Below the pieces are notes generated by a model. It was not told the DNA's origin. It made no database searches and saw nothing but the letters and a program-made list of their open reading frames with translations. A program made the position numbers and the translations under genes. Below, one piece after another: positions 27,032 through 41,444 of a stretch of 64,000 nucleotides of DNA (positions within the stretch are counted from its first letter, which is position 1; each line of letters begins with the position of its first letter). Origin of the DNA: Azolla caroliniana (lineage: Eukaryota > Plantae > Polypodiophyta); NCBI GenBank assembly GCA_043228905.1, contig JBHGNT010000006.1, positions 21,824,001 through 21,888,000 on the forward strand, written 5' to 3'.

Positions 27032-28010
27032 AGCTTGTCTTTCCAATCACAAGTACAATAAATGTGTTATATGCCGCTTAGACGGCGAAAAGAGACCATA
27101 TTGTGCATTTGAGGACACATGAAATCCTGGAAAAATTAAGTCTTGTATCCTTAAGAAATAAATTCTCAACACTTTGGTGACATTGGTTATTCTCTATGGG
27201 GTGGACGTATGGAGCGGGTAAGTCTATTTGGAAAGAGACTAAAAATGTCAAGAAACATTTTCTTATAATGTTCCTATTGATGACACCATCCTACTCGATA
27301 GGGGATCACTTCAAATTGAGATCATGGCCATGGAAAAGGTTGTTAAAAACATGCTTAAGGTTTTTAAAATAAAAATCCACATTGACTTCCTAGAATCTCA
27401 TGGGAAGCAAGCAAAAAAATCTAAAAGACACATGTAAAAGCAAAAACGTTTGTTCTAATTTGATGCAAGATATAAAAAATTGGTTTGGAAGATGGGATGC
27501 AACACACATTCAATAGATTCTTCTATAAATGAGACCTTGCAACAACAATGTATCAAACCAACATGGGGAAAAATGTGGAGTCTCATGCTTCACACATTAT
27601 ATTACATATGCTAAACCTAAATACAAAACCATATTCTTTGCCAAATGGGGAAAACACACAAACCAATGCATGTTAGAGTTCATCTCGTTGTCTATCATCA
27701 AAACAATTGCTTCCATGTGACTTTGATATGAGTCGAGTAGTTGGGCACAATTGATTAGAGTAGTAAACTTTGCACACATTTCCATAAACAAGTTCAGGAG
27801 TTTAATAATCACGCTTTGATACAATGCTCTCTTTGCCTTTGATCATATTCAACTATGCTTTCCACGCATTTTCTACGAAACCCAATCCTTGCATGAATTT
27901 CTCTCACAATCACGGTGTGCATCAATTGCAACATTCACAGTAAAGTTCATGAACATTAACAATCACTACTCACTTTCATATTTGACCTCCAAAGATGATA
28001 ATATGATCTC
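27028..28010 (+). mobile_element. Old degenerate 3' portion of the same RTE family as 2372-4052
   Basis: Shares ATTGAGATCATGGCCATGGAAA, GACTTCCTAGAAT, GATGGGATGCAA and CCCAATCCTTGCA with 2990-4052. Confidence 0.8.
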
Positions 28011-28289
28011 GTTGTTTTAGGATGTAGTCTCCTTCTCCTTGATCCTAAAGATACACCTCCTAAAGACACATATTCTCTTTCTTTACTACATTGGTAGCAC
28101 AATTGCCTAGTGTAATTGTTGCAATGGGACATGTTGAATCGCTAATATGCAAGAGGAACACTCCTCTTAGATGATAAAATACTATTTGATCTCTCAGCTA
28201 CACATACTACGATATATATATATATATATATATATATGTTTGACTATCTTGTAATGTACATTCTCAATTATAATATTCATTTTAAAAAA

Positions 28290-28400
28290 TCTTGAACATC
28301 AAGAGTCATTACTCAGTTGCACATACTACGTGAAAATATTTCACATTTCCTCCCATACGATATCTATGACCTCCAACTATGATCATAAAACCTATCTATT
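28290..28400 (+). mobile_element. Short decayed RTE 3'-end fragment
   Basis: CTTGAACATCAAGAGTCATTACTCA...CGTGAAA resembles 3956-4002. Confidence 0.45.
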
Positions 28401-31400
28401 CACTCCTTTCTTTTAATACAAGTAGTGTATTATAAAGGCAACATGGCAATGTAAAAAACCCTTCTTGTCCCTACAAGAGTGAGGATCTTCTACAAAGGTA
28501 AACACTCTCTTTTCTTTCTCTCAAAGGTTTATTTGAATATATTCATTTTCAATGATTGAGTAGCAACTGTCAATTTAACCATCCAAGTGAAAGAGGTAAT
28601 ATTGGATGGAGACATGCATGTGAGTTTAAATCACCCAAGAGATGGCTACAAGCATGGGCTAAGATGGGAATATTCTTCAATAGCCCCATGAAAGATAGTA
28701 TCATGGTGATCCTTAAGGGAATTGTGAGAGAAGTTCAAATGATGTAATATGGCATGGTTCATTGTATGGGTTCTAATCGTGGAGGCCTAAGAGGGATACT
28801 TAGGTTTAGCAAATTTGATTATGATTGTCACTAGCATGTGACTTTGAGTGCCTAATTAGGTCTAGATGTTTAATATGGTATATATCATTACACATTATAT
28901 ATTTGTAGGACTATATGTATGAAGGGTTATCTATCATTGAACCTTATATTTGTGTTAATATCCTAAAGAGAGCCATGTAAAGAAACCTGCTATAACACCC
29001 TAAAGAAACCAGTCAATCATTAGTTTCTTTCACATATCTCTTTATCCTCTATTTGTTGGGAGTCTTCATAAACCCCAATTCCGATCATGAAAGTCATTGC
29101 TTACTCAAGAAAAAACACTACTAAGGAGTTGAGCTCATTAGAGAAGGAGATCATTTGGGTTCTAGGTAGGGAGATAAATAAAATCAAAAGAGATATTACG
29201 GTTACAATGGGTAGAAGCTCCCATTTTGTAAGTTCGTCGCAATGATAGCCAACACAAATCCTAGGAAGAATCTAAAGACAAACTTCCTCTACCACTTGAC
29301 ATTAGTCTAGAGGATCAAACAAAACCTTTTAAGTTTTCCAAGAAACTCTTTAAGAGCTCTATTCCAAGAAGAAGGTTGTCCAAGTTTTTTATGTTGAGTT
29401 CATCAATGACACAACATGAGAACAAATCCCTTTTCCTAGTCACTCATGTGTTTAAGAAATGGTGCCTCCATCTCTCTTTATGGCAAGGATATAGAGGTAA
29501 TATGCCATACATACCAAGTTTTTTTCTACCAAGTATTGAAGGAAGAGATGGGTTCGAGAACTACCCACACATATCAATTATTGGGGCCACTTGAAAACCA
29601 ACTTGCATAGATAATCACTTGATCCCAATCTCAAACATGCACTCTAGATTCCTAGTATCCAATATTTGGGGTTGTCCCTTCTTTGGAAAACCTTGATTGT
29701 TGTCCAAGAGTAAAAAGGGTATTAAAACTTGGTAACAAGAGGATTATCCCAAAAGATGAGATGAGATGAGTAATAATCCAAATATTAGTTCTAGAACTTT
29801 TGAAATGGGGCAAATTTGTTAAGGCATGTCATACATGTAATAAACTTGGTCATTATATTTCGGGGCCCGTTGCTATCTATTCAATCTTAAAAAGGCATTA
29901 TCAAGTAAATGGTTGTAATTTATAAATTTATAGTTGAGGTACTCGAATAGCACATACTTATGTAAGTGCATCCATCCTAATCAATATGGTTTTATAATGA
30001 ATGATATTACAAATAAACGTATTGGTGCCTAAGTATGCCAATACACAAAGTAAGATATTAAGAGAGTATATGATACCATACAATGAACTTTGGTGTGAGC
30101 TATGATGCATAAGATGGGGTTTGGCCATAAAATGTCAAAAGCTATTTATTGTTGCATGAGAATACCTTTGCTTCTTGTATATTGGATGGAGAAATCAATT
30201 ATTCATGGACAATGTTTAATTTGGTTGCGTTGGGTCGACCATTAGTACCATACTCTATGTAATCACCACTCATCCTTTCTTTAATAATACATGGAATGTC
30301 TTGTGACATCTAGTTGATAAATGGGTTGCAACAACCCAACGTGACGATTTTGTGGCTCAAGCATTTGTTGATGGCTCATACTTTATGTTGCACAATGATC
30401 CTAAAACATATGGAAAAACTATGTATGCAGAATGTGGTGCACTAATGAATGTTTGTGGCAGCCTAAGCACAGTTGAAAAAGATAAAATATCCATGATGAA
30501 GTTGTTAAGAAGATTTGGAAGTGTCAATGTATGATTTAAATCACTTTAGACATAACATAAACCATTGTTGGAAAAAAAAAACATATGCAAAAAGTAATGG
30601 ATGTTGTAGTCAACTTTGCTAAATCAGTACTCTTATCATTACGCTTATATGATTGGCATGCACATATTTGCCCTAAACCCTAAACCCCTTGGTTAGAATG
30701 TAATTGGGAAAAAAGAAGTTGAATTTGCTTTGAAAAGAGTATGAAAAGGTTGACTTATTAGAAAATGGTCACTTGGCCATTACATGTTCACTTAACAATA
30801 TTGATAGTTTAGCTACAATACTATTTACCTCTTATGATTGGGATGAGGACATGTTAAAATAATTTCTGAAATGATCAATGAATTTTGGTGTTCTAAAGAT
30901 GCTAATAGAGGCCTAAAACTTTTAACACAGACAAAGATATGCACATCTAAACTTTTTAGGATATTGAACTGAAACATGCACATGCTCATGAGGAATGCCA
31001 AGTTGCTACCACCATTAGACCAACAAATTGTTTCTTGCACAAAGACGTTAGCTCATATGTCAATGCATATTTGATTACCTTTTTTGATGGGAAATTTCAA
31101 TGGGTTTGGCATATTCTATTGTCCAATCAAATGGTGTCCCTTTATCACCAAATTGGTTAGAGATTGGTTGTTAGTTCTCCAACACCGTTATTGATAACTC
31201 CATGAGATGTGAGAGTTTCCGGCCAAGGCCCTTTTCATTATAGCCCATGTGGCACCACATAATGCATTCTTCTTAGCCAAATGAGGTATTAATTATACTT
31301 CTAATGTGTTTAATGAGAATGGGCATGTGATAAGCTTCCGAGATGCACTGATGCATCATAATTTGCATCCACACAGATGAGTCAACTACTTCCACTTACA

Positions 31401-32170
31401 CCCAAGGCATCACATAGGTTATTTTATTGGCGATTAAAGACCAATCATATTATAAGTGTTTGCATGAATATACTATCAGTTCATAACAATTAAGTGCTAC
31501 TAATTCCACCTCCTTGGGTTCAAGGGCATGGAAATGCTCTCAAGAAAATCATGCCAAAGTGATGGTAGAGGCCTAGAGTTGTTACATGCTAGAAATTTGT
31601 TTGTCACTCGAACAAAGGTTGCTCTTGTGTCAATCTTGTTTGGGTATACCTCTAATTGGATTCCATTTAGAAATCATCTTTTTCACTAAATTAAAGGGTG
31701 TTCTTGTGGCATTCTCTTTGTTTGAGATTTATAGAGTATTGAAAAGATTGCTTCATTTTTTATGGACTTTTCCAATGACAAAAATTTGTAAACTTAAAGA
31801 TGATCTCTAAGTTGGGTTTCCAAGCACATAACTTGGAAATTTGTTTTGGTTGTTTGGCCTCCCTCGTTAATTGAAAGAGGATGCTCGTATATTCCATTGC
31901 CTTAGACAATAAGCATGACTTTGGGCACTATGAACCATTTGGGTAACTTAGGGTTTTGTGGTACTTGGGCAAATGCCTCTCTTAATCTCCATATGATTGC
32001 TTTCAATTCTTGAAACTCTATACCATCATTTGAACCTTATTGTGAATGTTTTTGAGCAATAAAAGTTTGTAGGTTTCTGTGTGATTTTACCTCAAATTAG
32101 GGTTTCCCTTTAATAATATTAGTATTGCTAAATATATTACTTAATCATCGGAATAACAATATGTGGCATG

Positions 32171-32959
32171 AGTAATTGCAAGGCCTATGGAGCGAGTTTG
32201 GAGGACATCGCACATTGTTTGTGGAGCTGCCTACGAGCTTAAGAAGTTTGGATGAGGAGCTTAGGAATTTTGGCTTGATGCGGGGTTGAAGTTCAGTTAT
32301 CAAGTGCAATAGTTGTTTGGTTAGCTACTGAATCAGCTGCATGGTTTCGTGGCTGGAATGGAAATAGTCCTTCTTTACAACCTGCTGTTCAAGGAGGTTC
32401 ATACTACATACAACAACGTTACGTAGATATTTGGTTTTTAGTGGCTATCCTTACTCTTTGGCAACTGTGGGTACCTAGGTGCAAGGAGTCATTTACTGGG
32501 ACGTGAACCCCATCGGTTGAGAGTTTAATGATGATTAGGTTATATCTAATTTCTACGCTACAAGGAAATTTTGATAGCCTTCAGGGGTCCTCTGATGTGA
32601 GTGAAGAAGCTAGATACCGCTTCCTTCTTAAATGGAGAGGTTCTCCGATGCTACAGATGGTGGATGGCAATGCAAAGTGAATTTATTAGCCACCCTGATG
32701 GTTGTTTCCTCCAAGGGTACCAAACATAGAGGTGGGTGTTGAATTGTGAAGATATTGGGAGGTGTCTTTGTTGAATGTGGGTTGTGTGAGGCTAATGTTG
32801 TGGGGATTCTGTCGAGTAATTCTGTGTTGAGGCTTTGTTGCTTCAGTTATACATGTTTTCTTGTAGCCATGCAAAGTGTCTTGTAATATATGAGTTGTAT
32901 ATTATCCTATGTACTTTTTCTTAACTAATGGAAGTAGAATTGTTTTTGGGAAAAAAAAA
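32171..32959 (+). mobile_element. 5'-truncated L1-type LINE 3' fragment
   Basis: ATGTGGCATG is duplicated at 32161-32170 and 32965-32974. Ends ACTAATGGAAG...TTTTTGGG-A9. Contains an ORF2 C-terminus-like sequence. Confidence 0.65.
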
Positions 32960-34750
32960 TATAGATGTGGCATGTTTCTCAATAGTATAGAATCTCTCTC
33001 AATTTCTCATCACATTGTTATGTATATCTAGTCGCATATACCATGAACTTTTTGATTAACTATGAAGTTTAATCATATTAGTGAGATGTTTAGTAGCTTG
33101 TGTTTTGAAGAATGTAGACATATTTTAAAGTATAGGGATGCTACATTTATTGTAGATTTCTTTTGTGAGTTGCCTTTTGAGTAAGACGTACAAGTAGCTT
33201 TTCATTTTCATTTTTGAACACATATATTAGAGTATATTTCACTTAGTATAGATTTACTATGGATGAGAATGATTCTTTTCATTACTTTTTAATTCATGGA
33301 TTTTCCTCTCTAGTTTTAGGTACTTTTGTGTAGACATACAAATAAACATGCTATAAAGTGTCTACATTTGGCATTGGGACAATGATGAAAATACAATCAT
33401 CTATGCATGTGCTCTAAAGTTAGTCATACTAACTATCCAACTAGGTTTCAAATGGCTTTGCTATTCTCTCATTGATATAGAAGGAATTGATCAATTCATC
33501 ATCAAATAATAGGACTAATCTCATACATCCATAAATTCCTCGGACAATTTTGATGGGGCTTATGGTTCCAACTTCTAACTATGCACCACATCGAGAACGA
33601 AGAATAAATGTGTTAGGCAAGACCAATTGAGGCTCATTTTGTTTATAGGTGGGGAGTAATCAATGTAGACCTATTTCCTACTTCAGAAGAGGTCATTTGG
33701 ACATTTCTGGAAACTGAGGTCATGCTTACATAAACACGCTATGTGAACCTTACCCATAATAGTATCTAGAACAACTTGAACAAGAAAACATAATATTTAG
33801 CATTACATTATTAATTTATGAATGTCTATGGTCTATTACATTGGACGCTCTTTAACATTCAAAGATGATAGTAATTGTTTCCTTTGAGATATAACAAGAT
33901 TGATATTAACATGATCTCTGTAGGGATTCATTAGCTTCGAAATTAAATTAAAGCATATGAACTACCAAGACAATCTAACTATAGTTATAAGGATTGTCAA
34001 CCCAACAATATAATCAACCCAATTTTACAAATCATTATAAATTAGAGGAAATGATGATATTCAATTCTAATGAGGGATAGATCATAGAAGTATGAAATGC
34101 AAATTTAATCCTTATGGGGACGAAAAAATTTAAAAGGGGTGAAATAATTTGAAAATATGTGGAGGATCTTGAAACTTACATCAAGGATTAATGAAACCCC
34201 AATTCAAAAAAACAAAAAGGAATGATATTTAAACCATGATTAATATACAAAGCAATTGACAAAGATATTAGCAACACTTAAACGATTGAGTATTATCCTT
34301 TTATATAATGTGCTTTTCAAATATAGGAAATGGTACGAATACAATCAATTAAATGATCCATAACAAGTTAAAACATACTCTTGACCTCTCATCTTTACCA
34401 AGAGTGACCTTCCCATGGACTCTATCATGCTCAAATGGACACTTCACACTCAAAGAGTCAAGTTTATGCTAAAAAGTGCATAAATGAGGTACCTAACATC
34501 AATGCATTAACTTTTCTAGTTGGAAAGGCAATATTTAGATATGAGAAGGTGCCGAGATTTTAGCCTTTTGGGTACGGAAAATATGATACCTAATGATGAT
34601 TGTTTTGCTACCTATACACATGAGAGAACAGTAGTCCAGACTCCCAATGAAATATTATCTACATGACTCATCTCTTATCTCTAATGTTGGCCTTTCAGCT
34701 TTCTTTTATTATATAGCCATCCTAACATACTTTCCCAAAATGAGGTTTGC

Positions 34751-34758
34751 TATATAAG
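34751..34758 (+). promoter_or_regulatory. Putative TATA box of the 310-aa BPS1-like paralog
   Basis: TATATAAG 35 bp upstream of the ATG; an alternative TTATATAG lies near 34709. Confidence 0.3.
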
Positions 34759-34785
34759 GGCTAAGGCCCCTCAATTTCCTTTAAC

Positions 34786-35718
34786 ATGAGTAGTAGCTCA
34801 ACCATTAATTTTGCTTCTCTAATTGGTGGTTCCTTCCATAGCTCCTCTTACTTCTTCCCTCAACTCTACAAGGAGCCATTCATGAATATCCCAAAGCACA
34901 TCAATCAATGTTCGAATGGGCAATTAGCTCATAACCAACATTACTATATGATGGATGAGTTCACTATATTCAAGCTCCTTGACATATGCTACAATTTGCG
35001 AGATTCGATTGATGAAATCCAACAATATCATAAGCATGTAGAACTAGCCCTCTTTGTCCTAGATAATGCTAATTACACTGGGGAGACACAACTTAGAAGG
35101 GCTCAAAATGAGCTCCACAAGTGCAAATTTGATCAACTAGAGTCTAAGTTAAACAAAAAAAGTTTGACTCGAAGAAAGCTTGAGCATTTCACATCGATAA
35201 TGAAGAAAGGCCCAATATTGCAAGGACACAAGAAATTTGGAGAGAAAAAGAATCTCTTGATTAAAGATCAAGATTTAGACTCCAAGAGAAACTTTGTTAT
35301 GATCAAATATATCGGGCAATGGATGTCCATGTTCACACTCTCATCAATATGGTCATCTGGAAGACGATTTCAACAACACAAGATGAAGACAAAAGGTAGA
35401 CCAAATGCACTCCTCATAGAATGGAAGCATACAAAGGTGATTGTAAGGTCTTTGCAAGCAAAGATAGATGAAATTCTGACCATTAACGCTAAGAAGACAA
35501 GAGCATCTTCTACTATTACACTTCATCATGCATTAAAGCCAGGCCTCCGAGATTTGTCTGAATCACTACGAGTTTGTTGTTGGGGTTTGACCTCTAGCCT
35601 TGCCACACTAAAATCTCATGTTGAAAGTATAATCAAGGCTCTTATAACAAATAGAATGGTCCTTCTAGATGTGCATAGCCACACTACAAACAAGAGCAAT
35701 ATACATTTTGTAATATAA
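34786..35718 (+). CDS. Divergent, shortened BPS1/DUF793-like paralog (310 aa)
   Basis: Aligns by eye to the 403-aa protein: KLLDICYNLRD...HVELALFVLD...GETQLRRAQNELHKCK versus KLLDVCASLRD...HVELALLALD...GEAQLRRANLELEKCK. The N- and C-termini are also similar. Confidence 0.75.
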   Translation: MSSSSTINFASLIGGSFHSSSYFFPQLYKEPFMNIPKHINQCSNGQLAHNQHYYMMDEFTIFKLLDICYNLRDSIDEIQQYHKHVELALFVLDNANYTGETQLRRAQNELHKCKFDQLESKLNKKSLTRRKLEHFTSIMKKGPILQGHKKFGEKKNLLIKDQDLDSKRNFVMIKYIGQWMSMFTLSSIWSSGRRFQQHKMKTKGRPNALLIEWKHTKVIVRSLQAKIDEILTINAKKTRASSTITLHHALKPGLRDLSESLRVCCWGLTSSLATLKSHVESIIKALITNRMVLLDVHSHTTNKSNIHFVI

Positions 35719-36839
35719 CTCCTTGACCATTTTTTCTAGCATTTTTATAAAACAAATCTTCTTTTGGTGTGATGCAACGTGTAATCATAATACGATGTAC
35801 AAAGTAATCAAACTTGATTCAAAATATTGAAAACAAATTCTCCTTCAGTACATAAAAGCATAATAATCATTATTACTAAGGTTGGTCATTGTCAACAAAG
35901 AGGACCCTCTTTTTTACCTTTGTTTTTTACCACCCTTTCTTTGTATTTTTTGTATATTATACTATCAACTTATCGCACTACTTTTGTTTGTGCCTTTTAT
36001 TTGGTAGTATTCATAAAGCCACAACTTTTTTCATGTCCCTTTATATCCTCATGCCCCTCTCCCGGGGCTCATTGTAAGGTTAAAAACACCAACCCCAAGG
36101 TTGCGCAAATTAAATGTCATAGTATGTAGGCCACTTTCCAGAGCAAATTTCACCTATATGCATGTGCATGTGCATGGGTATTTTATGTATAAGGCATGTT
36201 TGAAGACTTTTGCCAGGCTTTATTTTCCTCTTTTATCTGTCCACCCTATCAAGTAATCCATATAACAGTGAAAATGCATGGACAACTAATAGAAAGACAA
36301 AAATGTCAACCAAACTTTAGAAAGAATTAGCCAATTAGGTATGATTGAAACAATTTCCATCACATCCAATATTGAGACATAATGAGTTCTTGCATAACTA
36401 AAGGCTAAGGCCTTTTCATCAATAATGTCAACATCCAAACATGTACTTGAGGAGCCCAATTTCTTAAAATAAACTTTGAGATATTATTTTAAAGGGAGAA
36501 AAGCCTTTTGGGGATGTGCCAAATTGTGTTGTGCATGTGTATGAGGGAGGGAGGCAATTTATGGATAAATGATCGATTGTCATACTATAATATTGGTAGT
36601 CGTAGTCTGTAGATCTCTCATGGAATTTTCACCAAACAACTTTATGTCATTGTGATGTTTTAGGAAGTTAAAGAACGCCTATACCTACATGCTACTCTCT
36701 TATGAGTCAACATATATCCCCTTTATTGATAGTGATCTTTGGAAATGTATGAGGGAGACATAACAATTTTTATAGAAGTATAGGAAAAAAATATCTTCCA
36801 CAATGATGTTAGCAAGTTCCGACAAAGGTATCAGACCAT

Positions 36840-36841
<2 letters not shown>

Positions 36842-36880
<39 letters not shown>

Positions 36881-37201
36881 CCAAAAAAAGATACTACATT
36901 AGTATTAGAAAACCGCCATAAGGCTAAACATACAAGCTATACCGATCCCCTATATTTATCTAAAGTCTAACCATTGGCTTGAATAAACACTTTGGTGTTG
37001 AGTAGAACCACTCCACCTTACCAAAATACCGTCTATAAAATATACCTATGTCCCAAATGGCATGAAACTCCACCCGCCTAAGCTCCGCTTGATGCGTATT
37101 ACCTTTTATACCATCCAAAATCCCTCTAAGATTATGTACAATCTCTATCCAAATTCCGGAGATTATTTGAGCAGGTCTTTCAATCATATTTTGAAATACC
37201 T
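36842..37201 (-). mobile_element. Young 5'-truncated L1-type insertion with 39-nt poly(A)
   Basis: TSD TCAGACCATAA at 36831-36841 and 37202-37212. T39 on the + strand. Open ORF2 C-terminus (IWIEIVHNLRG...VEWFYSTPKCLF). Confidence 0.85.
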
Positions 37202-38161
37202 TCAGACCATAAAATTTTCATCATAAACATTATAAGTTGTTATCATAAGAATAACGCACAAAATATATGAAAATTGACAATGTCTTAATTAGTGTTTTAA
37301 CAACAAATTTCGTTTGTTTTGTGTTCACATGAGTGTTGGCCCAAGGTATATTGAAGTTATCACATTTTAGTACTTTATCACATTCAAACAAACTATTACA
37401 AAGAATCAATAATATGGAGTATTGATCCTTCAAATGAGCTCATTTTATGAACATTATCATCAACATAATCTATGATTAACATCAAAACTATTGTCTATAC
37501 TATATATAGGATCGAGATTTATTCAATTCAAAAGTTTCAATTATGGCTATAAATATCATAAGAGAATAGATTTCAATAGTATGTGCAAAAGCGTGTGCGT
37601 AATAACTATATTCTTCAACAACCATAACGTAATAGGAGACACTTTAATTCCATTTATGAGCAACACTAAAAATGTATCACATTATGTATCAATTTTTAAG
37701 CCATCACTATGCAAGCGACTATGTGAGCCCTGGATCTGCAAGCAAGCCTTCAATGATAAGAGTGAGTTCTAGATTTTATATGTCCATAATTTGAACGAAG
37801 ACATTTATTATCAATGCTTCACTCTAGATCCGATTATATCATAACAACTTTCATGTATGTAATTGTCTACATTAACATATGTATACATATATAACATTCC
37901 CATAAATCTTGCATCTACAATCATAGCATACACCCTTTATTTTCCACATTTACAACTTCCATTCATTAATATGAAATCTACGTCTTCGTTGTGCTATAAA
38001 TGGTGATATAAATAATATGATGGTCGGCACAAGACGTTGCTCCGATTATGAATGATCAAATCAAGATATTATTTTACATCAATCTCATGGAAAGTTTTCT
38101 TCGCCCATGTTTAGTTGTATTTAAGAACAACTATAGTACAATTTCGAATGTGTTATATATG

Positions 38162-38638
38162 CACATTAAAGCTTCAATGATATCCAAATTTCCCAATCTA
38201 ACAATTGACAATAATCATATCGCGTGTTAGTTAGGAATTTGAGCTAAAGTTATTATGACTTTAAGAAATCTCAATCAACAATTTATTAATGCCAGTGATC
38301 ATTTTCCTTGATACATTCACATTAAACCTTCAATTATCTCCAAATTTCCCAATCTAACAATTGACAATACTCATATCGCATATTAGTTAGGACATTGAGC
38401 TAAAGTCATTATGACTTTAAGATATCTACCATCTTAAACAATTTATTAATGCCAGTGATCATTTTCCTTGATACATTCGCATTAAAGCTTCAATTATCTC
38501 CAAATTTCCCAATCTAACAATTGACAATAATCATATTGTGTGTTAGTTAGGACTTTGAGGTAAAGTCATTATGACTTTAGGAAATCTACAATCTCAAACT
38601 ATTTATTTATGTTATAACCATTTTCCTTGAGTCATTCA
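38162..38638. repeat. ~158-bp tandem repeat, 3 copies
   Basis: Units start at 38162, 38318 and 38478 and share CCAAATTTCCCAATCTAACAATTGACAATA. Confidence 0.9.
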
Positions 38639-40572
38639 TATATAGATCTTTTTGGAAAAAGGTACAGAAAAGGCATGGCATTCTATTCATAGAACTATGT
38701 ATATGTAAGCCGAAACATCTTCAAGAAATTGAATGGAGTTTTTATCATGTAATCTTTTTTCTATGCTAGCATTACAAGAAAATGACGTCTTTTAATACAT
38801 GCAGGGCACTTATACATTGCAAGAGTGGGATAAAACCAAGTGTTAACACAAGTCATGTTGCAATCATACCTCCTATTTGGCCTTGTAAGGCTTTGAAAAT
38901 CACTGATCATCACTCCGAAATGCTTGGCAAGGATACTATTATGTTGATTTAGTTCATATGCACATTTTAAGTAGAACTATTTTATTTACATTTCATATTT
39001 TTGGGACAATGATTAGAATCTACCCAAAGAACCATCCAAAATTTGAAATTAGTTGATTAGATTTTCTTACTTTGTAAGGCTAATTAATTTCAAGGTACTC
39101 TTCAAGCACAAACAATTGAAGGTTTCAATTTTCTAAGGTATCTAGGGATTAGAGGACATACGTAACAATATAATATTCTCAAGATATAAAAGGACAAAGA
39201 CTACAACTTTCGAGGAAAAAAGAACAATGATTAAAGGCCAAGCCTCAACAATGATGATGAAATTTCATAGTACTTGTGCATCCTACCATTGTAATCAATC
39301 AATTGTACCAACACTTCCTCTCTTCCAACATTAAGGGTAAACGTACATGGCTACAAAGATTAGAGGGGAAATTTCTCAATAGAATGAAAGTATGTACAAT
39401 AAAACTTAAATGGGTGAATATAAGTAATGAATATGAGTTATAAATTTGAAGATAATTATATGGGGCTACATAGTATAACTTTGGTTGAAAGATGGAAACT
39501 CTCATGTGAGAGGAGCATTATAGGAGGAGAACGCTCCAAATACTTTCCACTAAAATGTAAGAAAGCTCCAATACTTTGTGCTCGAACCCTAGTCAACTTG
39601 ATGCTGGAATAGGTTGTCTAAAATTGGTATTTGTTCAATTTATACATTAGGCACTAAAATCATAAGAAAGCAACAATAATATGAACTCTAAGAGTCAGGT
39701 CGACAACATAATAAAGTGCGAACATTGATTGGTAGCAAACACGGATGCATTAGCACTTTTAGTTGGAAAGGGGATATGAGGACGACCTGAGATTTATGCA
39801 AAAGAGACACAAATAATGATGTTTGTTTTGTTTCATATAAGTCATCAACATGATTATATTTGGTTATCATTATCGGCTTGACCTATTATTGTGGCCCCAA
39901 TTCCGGAATTGGTGACATATAACCTAATTTGAAAAACATTGATACTCATGATGCACACTAACGACATCAATTGAAAGTTAATTAAAGATAACACTTGGTT
40001 ATTGGCAAAAGTTTCACTTACATGAAACATTACCCAATATATACAATGGTGGCATCGAGTATTGGATGAGTGGTGACAATTTCATCGTCTATTCCATGTG
40101 AAAGTTTTTCCTTGGCATACAATTGTGAGTGGGTTTCATTTGGTGGTGGCTTTAAACTCTGACACATTTAATATGGGACATATTTTTCATATGAAATGAT
40201 TAAGGAGTATCTCAAACATAGATTTCTTATATGCATAGTTGCTACTGTCATTTGGGTTGTAACTTGTTATGTTGTGCAACTATGACCTTTATTAACTAGG
40301 AAAGTATTGTCACTCTTTTATTGAGTTTTGGCATCAAGATCTAGAGCTTTACCCTTTTCACCATGCAAGGTGGTATTTGACTACCTTAGATTTAATGTCT
40401 ATGGTACAATTGGAGTGTGAGAATTAGTTCTTGGTTGATTGTCTCCATGGTCTATCATAAGAGTAATGGGCTAAAAGGAAAAGGAAAATTTCAAAATAGA
40501 GTTTTGAGGTAAACTTGTCTTCAAATGAATTTCCTTTTCATCAACTATCTAACAACAAATTAGAGGGTTTGC

Positions 40573-41444
40573 TTTTTTTTTTTCAGAAAGATTCTTTTCA
40601 ATAGTATTAAGAAAAATGCCCAAAGGCTACAACTTGAATTTATCTACCTAGAAGCTTACAATGTTTTATGTACAATGATGTATGGTAATCCTAAGAACAA
40701 ATATAGGAACTTGTAAAGGGTGTTGAAATTTGTTGATGTACACTACCATGGTGTACTAATATTCAAGGAAGGGTCCATGGAAATCAATAGTTACATTGAG
40801 GCCTTTGATCTAACACTGCAAAGAGGGGCAACTTTGTCCATAAGTGAAGAAGCTTCTTCCTTCACTTATTAACATTTTCTGGAGAACCATGCATATTGTC
40901 ATACTGACCCCAGACTATTGCCAGCAAGTTCTCCCATATCTCGAGCAGTACATCTGAGAAACGAAGATCTGTTGTATCATAAAGTCGGTTACATCTACCT
41001 TTCCATAATTCCCATAACATTATCATAGTCACTCTTTTCTAGAATTGGACAAATCGCACCTGCTTTCAAGGTTGCTGAAAGGGACTAACTAATATTAATC
41101 TTTTATTATGTATCATCGTGGCCTCGTGAACATCGTCTGCCTCATACAACATCAATTTGGAATGTAAAACTCCTCACATTGTTGATCCCCAATAAAATAG
41201 GCAACCGACATTTACCATTAGGAATAAAGAAAGGGCTTTATTCCATACTTGGTGAGCCAAGGGACAAGACCAAAAGACATGCTTGGTAGTTTGGATCTGA
41301 GCTGCATAGCAAAAGCAACATTGCCTAAGATTGGGTGCTACATTCCCTTTCGATGAATGACCAACTAGTAATGCCACATGCACTAATAGCCATATGAAGA
41401 GAATAAATTTAGTGGCCCCCTTGAATGACCAGATCCATTCAAAT
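40573..41444 (-). mobile_element. 5'-truncated L1-type LINE fragment
   Basis: Near-TSD ATTAGAGG(G/A)TTTGC at 40559-40572 and 41445-41458. T-run at the left end. zf-RVT-like CCFC...TTKHVFWSCPLAHQVW. Confidence 0.75.

Noticed and set aside
29820-29870. CHTCNKLGHY zinc-knuckle-like remnant, plus a possible zf-RVT relic near 31740-31800 and a PPT-like GAGGGGAG at 16681
   Set aside because: Probably ancient retroelement debris, but too degraded to delimit or classify.
30671-30688. CCCTAAACCCTAAACCC telomere-like repeat
   Set aside because: Only about 2.5 units, which is common in plant genomes.
36827-36837. GGTATCAGA resembling a tRNA-Met PBS
   Set aside because: No adjoining LTR; it overlaps the TSD of an L1 insertion.
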